From Alphaproteobacteria bacterium (lineage in GTDB: Bacteria > Pseudomonadota > Alphaproteobacteria > MPNO01), in the NCBI GenBank assembly GCA_965248835.1, contig CBDFLJ010000001.1, positions 320,001 to 384,000 of the forward strand: 64,000 nt of DNA, given 5' to 3'. Position numbers and translations under genes: made by a program. Below, piece after piece: positions 51,301 through 63,322 of this stretch. The notes beneath the pieces were generated by a model that saw only the letters and a list, made by a program, of their open reading frames with translations, was not told the origin of the DNA and did no database searches. Every line of letters starts with the position of its first letter. Within the stretch, counting starts at the first letter, position 1.

Positions 51301-51801
51301 TCAAGCCGCCTTGGAGAGCACGGCATCCAGCCTCTGGGTGGCGGCATTGCGGTCGATCTTCTCGACCAGCGCGAGCTCGTCGGCCAGGCGCTCCAGGGCG
51401 GCCTCGTACATCTGACGCTCGCTGTAGGACTGGTCGGGTTGGCCGGCGGCGCGGTGCAGATCGCGCACCACCTCGGCGATCGAGACCGGATCACCGCTGT
51501 GAATCTTCGCTTCGTATTCCTGCGCACGGCGCGACCACATGGTCCGCTTGCCGCGCGCACGGCCGCGCAGGGTGGTCATCGCGGTATTCATCTTGTCGCG
51601 CGAGCTGATCCGCCGCAGCCCGGAGTTCTTGACCTTGTTCACCGGGACCCGCAGCGTCATTTTTTCGGACTCGAACAAAATCACGAACAGCTTCAGGTCG
51701 AAACCGGCAACCTCTCGGTTCTCGACTCCCAGGACCTTGCCGACACCATGTGTCGGATAGACAACATAGTCCCCCTTCGAGAAGGGCAGTTTGCTTGCCA
51801 T
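51301..51801 (-). CDS. carD: CarD family transcriptional regulator
   Basis: VVYPTHGVG, MWSRRAQEYEAKI.SGD, QSYSERQ.YE.A. Confidence 0.96.
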   Translation of the reverse strand: MASKLPFSKGDYVVYPTHGVGKVLGVENREVAGFDLKLFVILFESEKMTLRVPVNKVKNSGLRRISSRDKMNTAMTTLRGRARGKRTMWSRRAQEYEAKIHSGDPVSIAEVVRDLHRAAGQPDQSYSERQMYEAALERLADELALVEKIDRNAATQRLDAVLSKAA

Positions 51802-52021
51802 TGTGCCGTCTCTACCTCACGATCCCGGCCTCGACCACGCGCGCCTCCCGCCCGGCAATGTCGAGAACCGCGGGCGCAGGCAGGTCGAGGCGCAGCTAGC
51901 GCCGACCCGCCCGAACGCATCTTTCTTGACGTCGATGAAGTATATCAGAAAACCGCTTGAAATGTAAGCAGTCCCTTGGCCCGGCGGGCAGCGGCCGGGG
52001 CGCTGGAAAGGCCTCGCCCGG

Positions 52022-52360
52022 TCAGGTCCCTTTGCCGGGGCTTTCGGAAAAGTGCTGGTTGAACTTGTCCGTGGCCTCGCGCCAGTCGTCGCCGTCTGCG
52101 GGCGGCTCGCCCTTGCGGGTGATGTTCGGCCACAGCTCGGAGTATTTGCGGTTCATCTCGACCCATTCCTCGGCACCGTCGTCGGTGTCCGGATGGATCG
52201 CCTCGATCGGGCATTCGGGCTCGCACACGCCGCAATCGATGCACTCGTCGGGATGGATGACCAGCATGTTCTCGCCCTCGTAGAAACAGTCCACTGGGCA
52301 GACCTCCACACAGTCCATGAACTTGCACTTGATGCAGATCTCGTTAACGATGTAGGTCAT
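52022..52360 (-). CDS. fdxA: 7Fe ferredoxin
   Basis: [34 protein letters not shown]. Confidence 0.96.
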   Translation of the reverse strand: MTYIVNEICIKCKFMDCVEVCPVDCFYEGENMLVIHPDECIDCGVCEPECPIEAIHPDTDDGAEEWVEMNRKYSELWPNITRKGEPPADGDDWREATDKFNQHFSESPGKGT

Positions 52361-52512
52361 CTTCACTCCACTCCCGATCCAATTGCCCCGTGACCGCGCC
52401 CCGGATGCGCCGGCCAGCAGGACTCTTCTTGTCAAACGGTGGCGAACTTAGACTCATTGCCGTATGGAACCAACCACTTTTAGCGCCTTGGCCGGCTCTG
52501 GTCGAGCGGTGG

Positions 52513-52980
52513 TCAACCGCGGTCCAGCCGCGCCTCGGCACGCTGTCGCGCAAGACCCCGATCGCGATCGGTGACATAGATCAGTCCGCCGATCCGGCGC
52601 ATGAGCTGGCCCTCATGGGCATCGAGATGGCCGTCGGCGAGCACCACCTCCCAAAGCATCTCCACCAGCTCGACCCGCTCTTCATAGGAGAAATTGTCCT
52701 TCACCGCGCGCGTGAAGCCGAGGATCTGAACCGCGTTCTCGACTTTGGACTCGGCGGCGGCCATCAGCGTCCGCGCGTCGTCCTCGCCGAGGGACAACCG
52801 GGTGCCGAGCAGCGCGAGGATCCGCCGGCGCTCGACCTCGTCATAGGAGTCATCGACACAGGCAGCATGGACCAGCAGCGAAGCGGCCGCCAGATTGAAC
52901 TCCTCGCGGCTGTGGCCGGAAGCGCCGGGCGCGGCGCGACCTTCGCGGGCAACGAAGAACGCCTTGATCCGATCCAGCAT
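52513..52980 (-). CDS. TerB family protein
   Basis: AAASLLVHAA..D...DEVE, VEMLWEVVLADG.LD.HE. Confidence 0.85.
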   Translation of the reverse strand: MLDRIKAFFVAREGRAAPGASGHSREEFNLAAASLLVHAACVDDSYDEVERRRILALLGTRLSLGEDDARTLMAAAESKVENAVQILGFTRAVKDNFSYEERVELVEMLWEVVLADGHLDAHEGQLMRRIGGLIYVTDRDRGLARQRAEARLDRG

Positions 52981-52981
52981 T

Positions 52982-53311
52982 CTAGCCTGCCGACGGGGTT
53001 GAAGACGGGCGCGATGCGGCAAGCGGGACCGCCCTGCCCGCCCCGGTATCGGCGATTTCCTCGTACAGGGATTGCGCCTCCCGCGCCGATCCCCGGCGGT
53101 CGCCCAGCGCCATGACCCGCACGACGCGGATGGTCCGCGCTTGGGGAAAGGTCAGGACGCTGCCGGGGCGGACCGGTTGGTTGGCCTTGGTGATGACGGT
53201 CCCGTCGATGCGTATCTTTCCGTCCTGACAAAGCCGGCTCGCCAGGGTGCGGCTCTTGAAGAGCCGGGCGTGCCAGAGCCATTTGTCGACCCGCATCGTC
53301 GTTTCCGTCAT
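52982..53311 (-). CDS. hslR: S4 RNA-binding protein (Hsp15-like)
   Basis: RVDKWLWHARLFKSR, RRGSA.EAQ.LY. Confidence 0.9.
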   Translation of the reverse strand: MTETTMRVDKWLWHARLFKSRTLASRLCQDGKIRIDGTVITKANQPVRPGSVLTFPQARTIRVVRVMALGDRRGSAREAQSLYEEIADTGAGRAVPLAASRPSSTPSAG

Positions 53312-55830
53312 TCGGACCTCTTGAGCTCTCGGAGAATGGCGAAGGGTGAGCCGGGATCAGCCAGCCCGGCGGCCGGACCGCCGCGACCGGCGTCTTCGGC
53401 CTGCCGGCCCGAGCGCTTCGGCCGCCGGCGGGAAGGTCGGACGCGGATGTAGCGGGTCTCCTCGCCGATATCGGCTTGGCGGTAGCCCAGGGCGTTCAAT
53501 ACCGCCGGAGCCTGCTCGGCGGTCAGGCCGGTGGGCGAGATCATCGCCGCGGTGGGCGCGAACGGCCCGGCGCGCGCAGCCTTCGACAGGGCGATTGCCA
53601 GACGGTCGAGGATGTCGATCCGGATCGCCTGACCGGCCAGGACCCGGTAACCGCAAGCGGCATAGAACGCGCTGTCGACGGTGGTATCGGCCCGCACCGA
53701 GCACAGGCCCGGCGCCGGCGCCGCGCGCGGCGGCTGTCCGTTGTGGACCGACCACAGCAGCGCGCGCAGCCGCGCCGCGCGCGGTTTGACCAGGGCGGGG
53801 AGGTAGATCGCCTCGAGCCCGAACCGCACGCCCAGGCGCTGCATCGCGCGGCGGTCCCGCGGGCCGATATCGGGGAGCAGCGCGCCGACCGCGCGCCGCC
53901 GCACCGATCCGAGCGCCTCGACGAGCTGGAAGGCGAGTCCGCGCGTCGCACCGGCGAAGCCCGCCTCCCTCAGCCTGTAGAGCGGCGCGAGGCCGGCGGC
54001 GAGATGGCCGTCCAGCCAGGCCACCAGCCGCTCACGCACGCGCCCGAGCCGGTCGCGCCCGAGCGTATCCCCGGCGTTGACCTCGATCCCCGGCTCGAGC
54101 GGCGCCGCTCCGGCCGACAACCGGGCGACCTCCATTCCCTGCCAAAGGATGACGGCATCGTCGGACAGGCTGAACATGTCGTCCGCGGCCTCGGTGAGCC
54201 GTGCGGCGCGCGCGTTGATCTCGTGCTGCAGGATGCGGCTGGTCGCCGCGGTCAGAGCGCGCCGACCGTAATCGCCCTCGGCCACGTCAGGCACGAAACG
54301 GAATCCGTCGATCCGACCGACGAACTCGTCTTCGACATGGACCTCGCCCGACGGATCGACCGTGGCGAAGAGATCGGATCCGCCGCCAGCCCGTCTGAGG
54401 ATCGCCGCGCGCCGATCGACGAAGCGCCGGGTCAGGCTGTGGTGCAGCGCGTCGGACAGCCGGTCCTCGATCGCGCGCGCCCGTTCCTGCCAGGCGGCCG
54501 AATCGTCGATCCAATCGCCGCGATGGGAGATGTAGCTCCAGGTCCGGACATGGGCGATGCGCGCCATCAAGGTGTCGATGTCCCCGTCCGTCCGGTCCAG
54601 ATTGGCCATCTGGCGCGCGGTCCAGTCGGTCGGCAGCCGCCGGTCCGGCCCGGCGAGATGACCGAAGACCGTCGCAAGCAGACGGGTATGGGCCTCGACC
54701 ATGGTCTTGCGGTAGTCGGGGATCTGGCAGACCTCCCACAACAGCCGCAGCATCTCCGGGTTCTGCGCCCTGTCCGTCACTGCCTCATCACGCAGCAGCG
54801 CCGCCAGCGCGCGCTGGTCGTCGCCTTCCCGCGCGCGCGCCAGCTCGGGGCGCGGCGGCCTGGCCTCGAGGCTCGCCAGGAGCGCCGGCGGCGAGCGGAA
54901 GTCGAGGCCGCCGTTGCGCCATTGAATGGCCGTCAGCGGCTTGAAGCTGTGCGATTCGATCGCCTCGACGACCTCAGGCTCCAGCGCGCCCAGCGTGGCG
55001 ACGGTGCCGAAGGTGCCATCGGACATGTAGCGTCCGGCGCGGCCGGCGATCTGGGCGAGCTCGGCTGCGCTCAGGCTGCGATGAACCCGGCCGTCGAACT
55101 TCTGCCGCTCGTAGAACGCGACGTGGTCGAGCCGCATGTTCAGGCCCATGCCGATCGCATCCGTCGCCACCAGGTAGTCGACCTCGCCGTCCTGAAACAT
55201 CGCGACCTGGGCGCTGCGCGTCCGCGGGCTGAGCGCCCCCAGGACGATCGCCGCGCCGCCGCGCTGGCGCCGCAGCAGCTCGGCGATCTCATAGACCCGC
55301 CCGGCCGAGAACGCGACAACGGCGCTGCGCCTGGGCAGCCGGGTGAGCTTCCTGGGCCCCGCATAGCTCAGCCGCGACAGCCGCGGCCGGCCGACGAACG
55401 CGGCTTCGGGCACCAGCTTGCGGATCAGCGGGCGGATGGTGTCCGCACCGAGGAACATTGTCTCGACGATGCCGCGTGCGCCCAGCAGGCGCTCGGTGAA
55501 CACATGGCCGCGCTCGGCATCGGCGCACATCTGGATCTCGTCGACGGCAACGAAGTCGAACGGCCGCTCCAGCGGCATCGATTCGGCGGTGCACAGGAAA
55601 TAACGCGCCCGGGCGGGGACGATCTTCTCCTCTCCGGTGACCAGGGCGACCTGCCTGGCGCCCTTGAGCCGGACCACGCGGTCGTAGTTCTCGCGCGCCA
55701 GCAAGCGCAGCGGAAATCCGATTACCCCGCTGGAATGGGTCAACAAACGCTCGATGGCGAAATGGGTCTTGCCGGTATTCGTCGGCCCCAGGACGGCCGT
55801 GATTCGCTTACGCGGCCCGTTTGCGGACAT
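53308..55830 (-). CDS. SUV3-like ATP-dependent helicase (MgpS-type)
   Basis: GPTNTGKT, DEIQ, ATDAIGMGLN, QIAGRAGR. Confidence 0.93.
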   Translation of the reverse strand: MSANGPRKRITAVLGPTNTGKTHFAIERLLTHSSGVIGFPLRLLARENYDRVVRLKGARQVALVTGEEKIVPARARYFLCTAESMPLERPFDFVAVDEIQMCADAERGHVFTERLLGARGIVETMFLGADTIRPLIRKLVPEAAFVGRPRLSRLSYAGPRKLTRLPRRSAVVAFSAGRVYEIAELLRRQRGGAAIVLGALSPRTRSAQVAMFQDGEVDYLVATDAIGMGLNMRLDHVAFYERQKFDGRVHRSLSAAELAQIAGRAGRYMSDGTFGTVATLGALEPEVVEAIESHSFKPLTAIQWRNGGLDFRSPPALLASLEARPPRPELARAREGDDQRALAALLRDEAVTDRAQNPEMLRLLWEVCQIPDYRKTMVEAHTRLLATVFGHLAGPDRRLPTDWTARQMANLDRTDGDIDTLMARIAHVRTWSYISHRGDWIDDSAAWQERARAIEDRLSDALHHSLTRRFVDRRAAILRRAGGGSDLFATVDPSGEVHVEDEFVGRIDGFRFVPDVAEGDYGRRALTAATSRILQHEINARAARLTEAADDMFSLSDDAVILWQGMEVARLSAGAAPLEPGIEVNAGDTLGRDRLGRVRERLVAWLDGHLAAGLAPLYRLREAGFAGATRGLAFQLVEALGSVRRRAVGALLPDIGPRDRRAMQRLGVRFGLEAIYLPALVKPRAARLRALLWSVHNGQPPRAAPAPGLCSVRADTTVDSAFYAACGYRVLAGQAIRIDILDRLAIALSKAARAGPFAPTAAMISPTGLTAEQAPAVLNALGYRQADIGEETRYIRVRPSRRRPKRSGRQAEDAGRGGPAAGLADPGSPFAILRELKRSE

Positions 55831-55878
55831 GGTCTTAGGATCGTTGTTCCAGGCGCCGATTGCAAGCTTCCACGGGGG

Positions 55879-55909
55879 CTTGCACCGGCACCCGCAGCCG
55901 CACATATCT
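55879..55909 (+). promoter_or_regulatory. Candidate heat-shock (RpoH) or RpoD-type promoter of htpG
   Basis: cTTGCAC-N17-CATATCT about 60 nt upstream of htpG. Confidence 0.45.
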
Positions 55910-55970
55910 TTGGGCGAGCCGGGTGCCGGGAGGGACCGCCCGGCGTGTTCAAGGACCGGAGTTGCACCGT

Positions 55971-57839
55971 ATGGCCGAGGAGACGCTGAACTTCCAGACG
56001 GAAGTCTCCAGACTGCTTCATATCGTCGTAAACTCGCTATACAGCGAGAAGCGGATCTTCCTGCGCGAGCTGATCTCCAACGCCTCGGATGCCTGCGACA
56101 GGCTGCGCTACGAGGCGATCACCAAGCCGGAACTGACCGCAGACGACCCGGATTTCGTCATTCGCATCGCGCTGGACGAGGCGGCGCGGACCATGGAGAT
56201 CGCCGATAACGGCATCGGCATGGACCGGGAGGCGCTGATCTCGGACCTGGGCACGATCGCGCGCTCGGGCACCAGCGACTACCTGGCCGAGAACGCCGGC
56301 GATGCAGACGGCGCGCTCGCGTTGATCGGCCAGTTCGGCGTCGGTTTCTATTCGTCCTTCATGGTCGCCGACAAGGTCGAGGTCACCAGCCGGCGCGCGG
56401 GCGAAGACCAGGCCTGGCGCTGGACGTCGCAGGGCACCGGCTCCTTCACGATCGGCGATGCGGAACGGCCGGGCCGCGGCACGACCGTGCTGCTGCACCT
56501 GCGCGGGGGGGAGGATGAGTTCCTCGATCCGGAGACGCTCCGCGGCATCATCAAGACCTATTCAGACCATATCGCACTGCCGATCATGCTTTCGCACGGT
56601 GGTGACGAACAGACGGTCAACTTGGGCTCGGCGCTCTGGACCCGGCCGCGCGCGGAGATCACCGAGGAGCAGTACAAGGAGTTCTACCACCACGTTGCCC
56701 ACGCCTTCGATGAGCCATGGATGACGCTGCATTGGCGTGCCGAGGGCATACAGGAATACACCAACCTGCTGTTCATCCCCGCGCAGCGCCCGTTCGATCT
56801 GTTCAACCCCGACCGCAAGCACGGCGTGAAGCTCTACGTCAAACGGGTGTTCGTCACCGACCAGTGCGCCGAGTTGGTTCCGCAATGGCTGCGCTTTCTG
56901 CGCGGGCTGGTCGACAGCGAGGACCTGCCGCTGAACATCAGCCGCGAGATGCTGCAGGCCAACCCGGTGCTCAACCGGATGCGCCAGGCGATCGTCAAGC
57001 GCGTGCTCGGCGATCTCGGCAAGAAGGCCGACGACGACCCGGCCGCCTATGCCGCCTTCTGGGACACGTTCGGCGCGGTGCTCAAGGAGGGGCTGTACGA
57101 GGACGCAAGCCAGCACGAAGCGCTGTTGCCGCTGGTCCGGTTCCACTCGACCGCGGGCGAAGAGCTGGTCGGCCTGTCGCACTATGTCGGGCGGATGAAG
57201 GACGGCCAGGAGGCGATCTACTACATCACCGGAGAGGAGCTCGAATCGGTCCGCCGCAGCCCGCAGCTCGAGGGCTTTCGCGCCCGCGGGATCGAGGTGC
57301 TCCTGATGACCGATCCGGTCGACGAGTTCTGGGTCCCCGCGGTCGGGACGTTCGAGGACAAGCCGTTCAAGTCGGTGACACGGGCAGGCTCGGACCTGTC
57401 AGGCATCGCAACGGAGGAAAAGCCCGAGACCGGCGAGGCGGTCGATCAGGGGCGCATCGGCTCGGTGATCGCCATGTTCAAGCTGGCGCTGCACGAGGAG
57501 GTCAAGGATGTCCGGGTCTCGGATCGGCTGACCGACAGCGCGGCCTGTCTGGTGGCCGACGAGGGAGACCTCGACATCCATCTCGAGCGGCTCCTGAAGC
57601 AGCACAAGCAGCTTGACACCGCCTTCAAGCGGATCCTGGAGATCAACCCGGGCCATGCGCTGATCAAGAGTCTCGCCGAGGCGATCGGCCGGGACGGGTC
57701 GGCGGCTCACCTGTCCGATGCCGCCTGGCTGGTGCTGGATCAGGCGCGCATCATGGAAGGCGAGCCGCTGCCCGACCCGGCCGCGTTCTCCCGCCGGATG
57801 TGCGAAGCGCTGGCCCGCGGATTCGCGGTCGAAGCCTGA
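55971..57839 (+). CDS. htpG: Hsp90 chaperone
   Basis: FLRELISNASDA, DNGIGM, IGQFGVGFYS, LPLNISRE. Confidence 0.98.
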   Translation: MAEETLNFQTEVSRLLHIVVNSLYSEKRIFLRELISNASDACDRLRYEAITKPELTADDPDFVIRIALDEAARTMEIADNGIGMDREALISDLGTIARSGTSDYLAENAGDADGALALIGQFGVGFYSSFMVADKVEVTSRRAGEDQAWRWTSQGTGSFTIGDAERPGRGTTVLLHLRGGEDEFLDPETLRGIIKTYSDHIALPIMLSHGGDEQTVNLGSALWTRPRAEITEEQYKEFYHHVAHAFDEPWMTLHWRAEGIQEYTNLLFIPAQRPFDLFNPDRKHGVKLYVKRVFVTDQCAELVPQWLRFLRGLVDSEDLPLNISREMLQANPVLNRMRQAIVKRVLGDLGKKADDDPAAYAAFWDTFGAVLKEGLYEDASQHEALLPLVRFHSTAGEELVGLSHYVGRMKDGQEAIYYITGEELESVRRSPQLEGFRARGIEVLLMTDPVDEFWVPAVGTFEDKPFKSVTRAGSDLSGIATEEKPETGEAVDQGRIGSVIAMFKLALHEEVKDVRVSDRLTDSAACLVADEGDLDIHLERLLKQHKQLDTAFKRILEINPGHALIKSLAEAIGRDGSAAHLSDAAWLVLDQARIMEGEPLPDPAAFSRRMCEALARGFAVEA

Positions 57840-57880
57840 GGCCTGTTCCGGACAGGCCGATCCGGTCGGGACATGGTCTA
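57837..57880. repeat. Degenerate palindromic element, copy 3
   Basis: Reverse arm TAGACCATGTCCCGACCGGATCG matches the copy 1 arm consensus at about 18/23; left arm TGAGGCCTGTTCC; spans both convergent stop codons. Confidence 0.6.
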
Positions 57881-58621
57881 ACGCCCGTCCGCCGGCAGGC
57901 TCATGGTGCCGGCACCGAGGATGGCGCCGTTGCCCGCAGCCTGCACCAGCACCGCACAGGCGTCGCGGCCGGTCGAGCCAAGGGCTTCGAGCGACAAGGT
58001 CACGTCGACCGGCCCGCCCTGCCAGGTGCCGACCGGGCTCAGCATGCGCACCACGTTGCGGTCGCGCAGCACCATGCCGCGGTTCTCTCCCGCCCTGACC
58101 TCGGTCAGGTGGGCGGTGTCGTAGAACGCGATCCAGATCGTTGCCGGTGCGCTGTCGTAGGACGGCCGGGCCGGCACCTCGATCCGGATCATCCCATCGC
58201 CCGGATGGGACAGGTGCACGTCCAGCTTGGGGCTGCGCCGGGCCTCTTTCAGCAGCCGTTCGACCTGGCCGCGCTTCGAGCCCACGGTCTCCGCCGTCCC
58301 GTCGATCACCATCTGCGGGGTGTAGACGTAGCGCAGGCCGAGTGCCGCGCCATAGGCCTTCTGGCGTTGCGACCAGGCAGGCGAGGAGAACGGATCACGC
58401 CAGCCGATATAGTTCCAGTAATCGACGTGGAAGGCGAGCGCGATGACCCCGGTCCGCCCCGCAAGCTCGCTGAAATACCGATCGGCAGGCGGGCAGGAGG
58501 AGCAGCCTTGCGAGGTGAACAGCTCGACCACGACCTGATCGGAGGCCGCCTCGGCCGGGGGCGCGGCGGCGATTGCCCAGATCAGGGCCGCGAACGCGGT
58601 GACTCGAAGGCTCTGGAACAT
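57878..58621 (-). CDS. DUF1223 thioredoxin-like exported protein
   Basis: Signal peptide; VVELFTSQGCSSCPPAD, HVDYWNYIGW.DPF, YTPQ. Confidence 0.92.
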   Translation of the reverse strand: MFQSLRVTAFAALIWAIAAAPPAEAASDQVVVELFTSQGCSSCPPADRYFSELAGRTGVIALAFHVDYWNYIGWRDPFSSPAWSQRQKAYGAALGLRYVYTPQMVIDGTAETVGSKRGQVERLLKEARRSPKLDVHLSHPGDGMIRIEVPARPSYDSAPATIWIAFYDTAHLTEVRAGENRGMVLRDRNVVRMLSPVGTWQGGPVDVTLSLEALGSTGRDACAVLVQAAGNGAILGAGTMSLPADGR

Positions 58622-58710
58622 GCGCGGCAAGCTACGGAACGCCCTTCCCGGCGCAAAATCAATTGTCGGTGGTGCGGCCGCGAGAGCGCTGCGATCACCG
58701 GCCATCGCGC

Positions 58711-61392
<2,682 letters not shown>

Positions 61393-61582
61393 GGCCGTCT
61401 CCTGCCTGAAAGTGCCCCAAGATCCGGGAGTGCGCCGCCCGGGAACCCGTTTGGCGGGCCGTCCTGAGGTATCTCCCAAACGCCCCGCCGTCAATGCCGC
61501 CACGCGCGGCGACTGCGTCCGAATGCAGCCCGCATTATCACAAAATTGCCTTAATCCCGGCCTTTGCCGGCCACAATCAGCG

Positions 61583-61691
61583 GCCATCTTGATGGTCCTA
61601 GCGCGCCCCGGACGCATACCCTGAGCGTCCCTCCGGCCATCTGGCTGGAACCTCCCTGGACCGCCGGTGTCCCCGGCGGTCCTTCTTTCTT
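61583..61691 (+). ncRNA. Candidate multi-hairpin sRNA with anti-SD core (suhB/alpha-r8/MmgR-like)
   Basis: Consecutive hairpins, single-stranded CCTCCCT (61651-57), perfect 10-bp stem 61658-82 followed by TTCTTTCTT. Confidence 0.55.
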
Positions 61692-61748
61692 CCGCTGGGG
61701 GCGGAGCCAATTCCCCTCGAATCCGCGATCGGCTAGGCTCGCCGGCCA

Positions 61749-62363
61749 ATGAAGGGCTTCACCGGACGGGATCTGACCTGCGCGCGCGGCGACCGCCTGG
61801 TCTTCGCCGATCTCGGCTTTGCGCTGGAGCCGGGCGAGGTGCTGGTGCTGACCGGCGCCAACGGCTCGGGCAAGTCCTCGCTGTTGCGCCTGATGGCGGG
61901 CCTTGCCCGACCGAGCGTCGGACGCATCGCCTGGGAAGGCGCGGATATCGCCGAGGATCCGGCAGCTCATGCCGGCCGGCTGCACTATGTCGGCCATCTC
62001 GATGCGGTTAAACCGGCGCTCACGGTGGCCGAGAACCTGGCTTTCTGGGCGGCGGTGCGCGGCAAGCGCGCTGTCGAGGCGGCGCTTGGCCATTTCGGCA
62101 TCGGCCATCTGGCCGCCATGCCGGCGCGTTTCCTGTCGGCCGGCCAGCGCCGCCGCCTGGCGCTCGCAAGGACACTCACCGCGCCGGCGCGCCTGTGGCT
62201 GCTGGACGAGCCCACCGTGGCGCTCGATGCCGAGGGCGTCGCCGCGGTCCACGCGTCCATCGAGGCCCACCGCGCCGGCGGCGGGCTCTGCGTGGTCTCG
62301 ACCAACGTCTCGCTCAGCCTCGCCGCGCAGCGCCGGCTGGATGTCGGCGACTACGCCCGATGA
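61749..62363 (+). CDS. ccmA: Heme export ABC ATPase
   Basis: [22 protein letters not shown]. Confidence 0.95.
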   Translation: MKGFTGRDLTCARGDRLVFADLGFALEPGEVLVLTGANGSGKSSLLRLMAGLARPSVGRIAWEGADIAEDPAAHAGRLHYVGHLDAVKPALTVAENLAFWAAVRGKRAVEAALGHFGIGHLAAMPARFLSAGQRRRLALARTLTAPARLWLLDEPTVALDAEGVAAVHASIEAHRAGGGLCVVSTNVSLSLAAQRRLDVGDYAR

Positions 62364-63025
62364 CGGGGTTCATGGCCGTTCTGGTGCGCGAGCTCCGCCT
62401 GGCCATCCGCCAGCCGGGCGAGACGGCGACGGTGGTGATGTTCTTCGTCCTGGCCGCGATCCTGTTCCCCCTCGGCATCGGCCCGGAGCCCAACATTCTC
62501 GCCCGCATCGCGGCGGGCGTGCTCTGGGTCGCGGCACTGCTTGCGGCGATGCTGTCGCTGGAGCGGCTGTTCCACGCCGATTACGAGGACGGCTGCCTCG
62601 AGATCCTGGTGCTTTCCCCGCTCGCCCTTGAACTCACCGTGGGCGCCAAAATCCTTGCCCATTGGCTGACCACCGGCGTGCCGGTCCTGGCGGCGACCCC
62701 GGTCCTGGCCGTCCTGCTAAACCTCGATCCGGCGGGCTTCTGGGCCCTGATCGCCGCGATGGCACTGGGGACGCCCACCATCAGCCTGATCGGCGCGGTC
62801 GGCGCGGCGCTGACCCTGGGCGCCAGGCGGGGCGGCGTCCTGCTGTCGCTGCTGGTGCTCCCCCTGATCGTCCCGGTCCTGGTCTTCGGCGCGGCCGCTG
62901 TCGACGCGGCTATCGCCGGCTTTGCCCCGCGCCAGCAACTCCTGACGCTCGCCGCCATGCTCGTCGCCGCCAGCATCCTCGCCCCTTGGACCGCGTCCGC
63001 GGCGGTCCGCCAAGCGATGGAGTGA
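62360..63025 (+). CDS. ccmB: Heme exporter permease
   Basis: LFPLGIGPE, LERLF..DYEDG, KILAHW, LLVLPL.VP.L.FG. Confidence 0.96.
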   Translation: MTGFMAVLVRELRLAIRQPGETATVVMFFVLAAILFPLGIGPEPNILARIAAGVLWVAALLAAMLSLERLFHADYEDGCLEILVLSPLALELTVGAKILAHWLTTGVPVLAATPVLAVLLNLDPAGFWALIAAMALGTPTISLIGAVGAALTLGARRGGVLLSLLVLPLIVPVLVFGAAAVDAAIAGFAPRQQLLTLAAMLVAASILAPWTASAAVRQAME

Positions 63026-63027
63026 GG

Positions 63028-63089
63028 AATCTAACCTCATATCAAAAATTGAATATTTGATAGATTTTACAATCTTAGATAAACGTTTT
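63028..63089. promoter_or_regulatory. AT-rich island with inverted repeats
   Basis: 13 G/C in 62 nt; TATCAAA-N9-TTTGATA and outer ATCTAA...TTAGAT. Confidence 0.4.
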
Positions 63090-63187
63090 GGGAGGACCTG
63101 CCCGCGTCGATGCGATTCGCGGGATTCGCTCTGATCGTCATCGACCCCCGCAACCGACAGACCGCCCATCATTTCGCGCCGGGTTGA
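63085..63187 (+). pseudogene. Possible remnant of a DMT/EamA transporter C-terminus
   Basis: (VLG)EDLPASMRFAGFALIVIDPR resembles the DMT terminal LGE.L....AG.ALI....IDGR pattern. Confidence 0.3.
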
Positions 63188-63322
63188 GGCCCGTGCGCGC
63201 AGCCGATCCCCACGCCCGACGGACGGATCCACCGGCGGCTCCGACTCCGGCGCATGTGAGCAGCACATCGCAGAGGTTTGCCTTATAGTGCCCTGGCAAC
63301 ACGGATCAAGCGGCACACCTAG

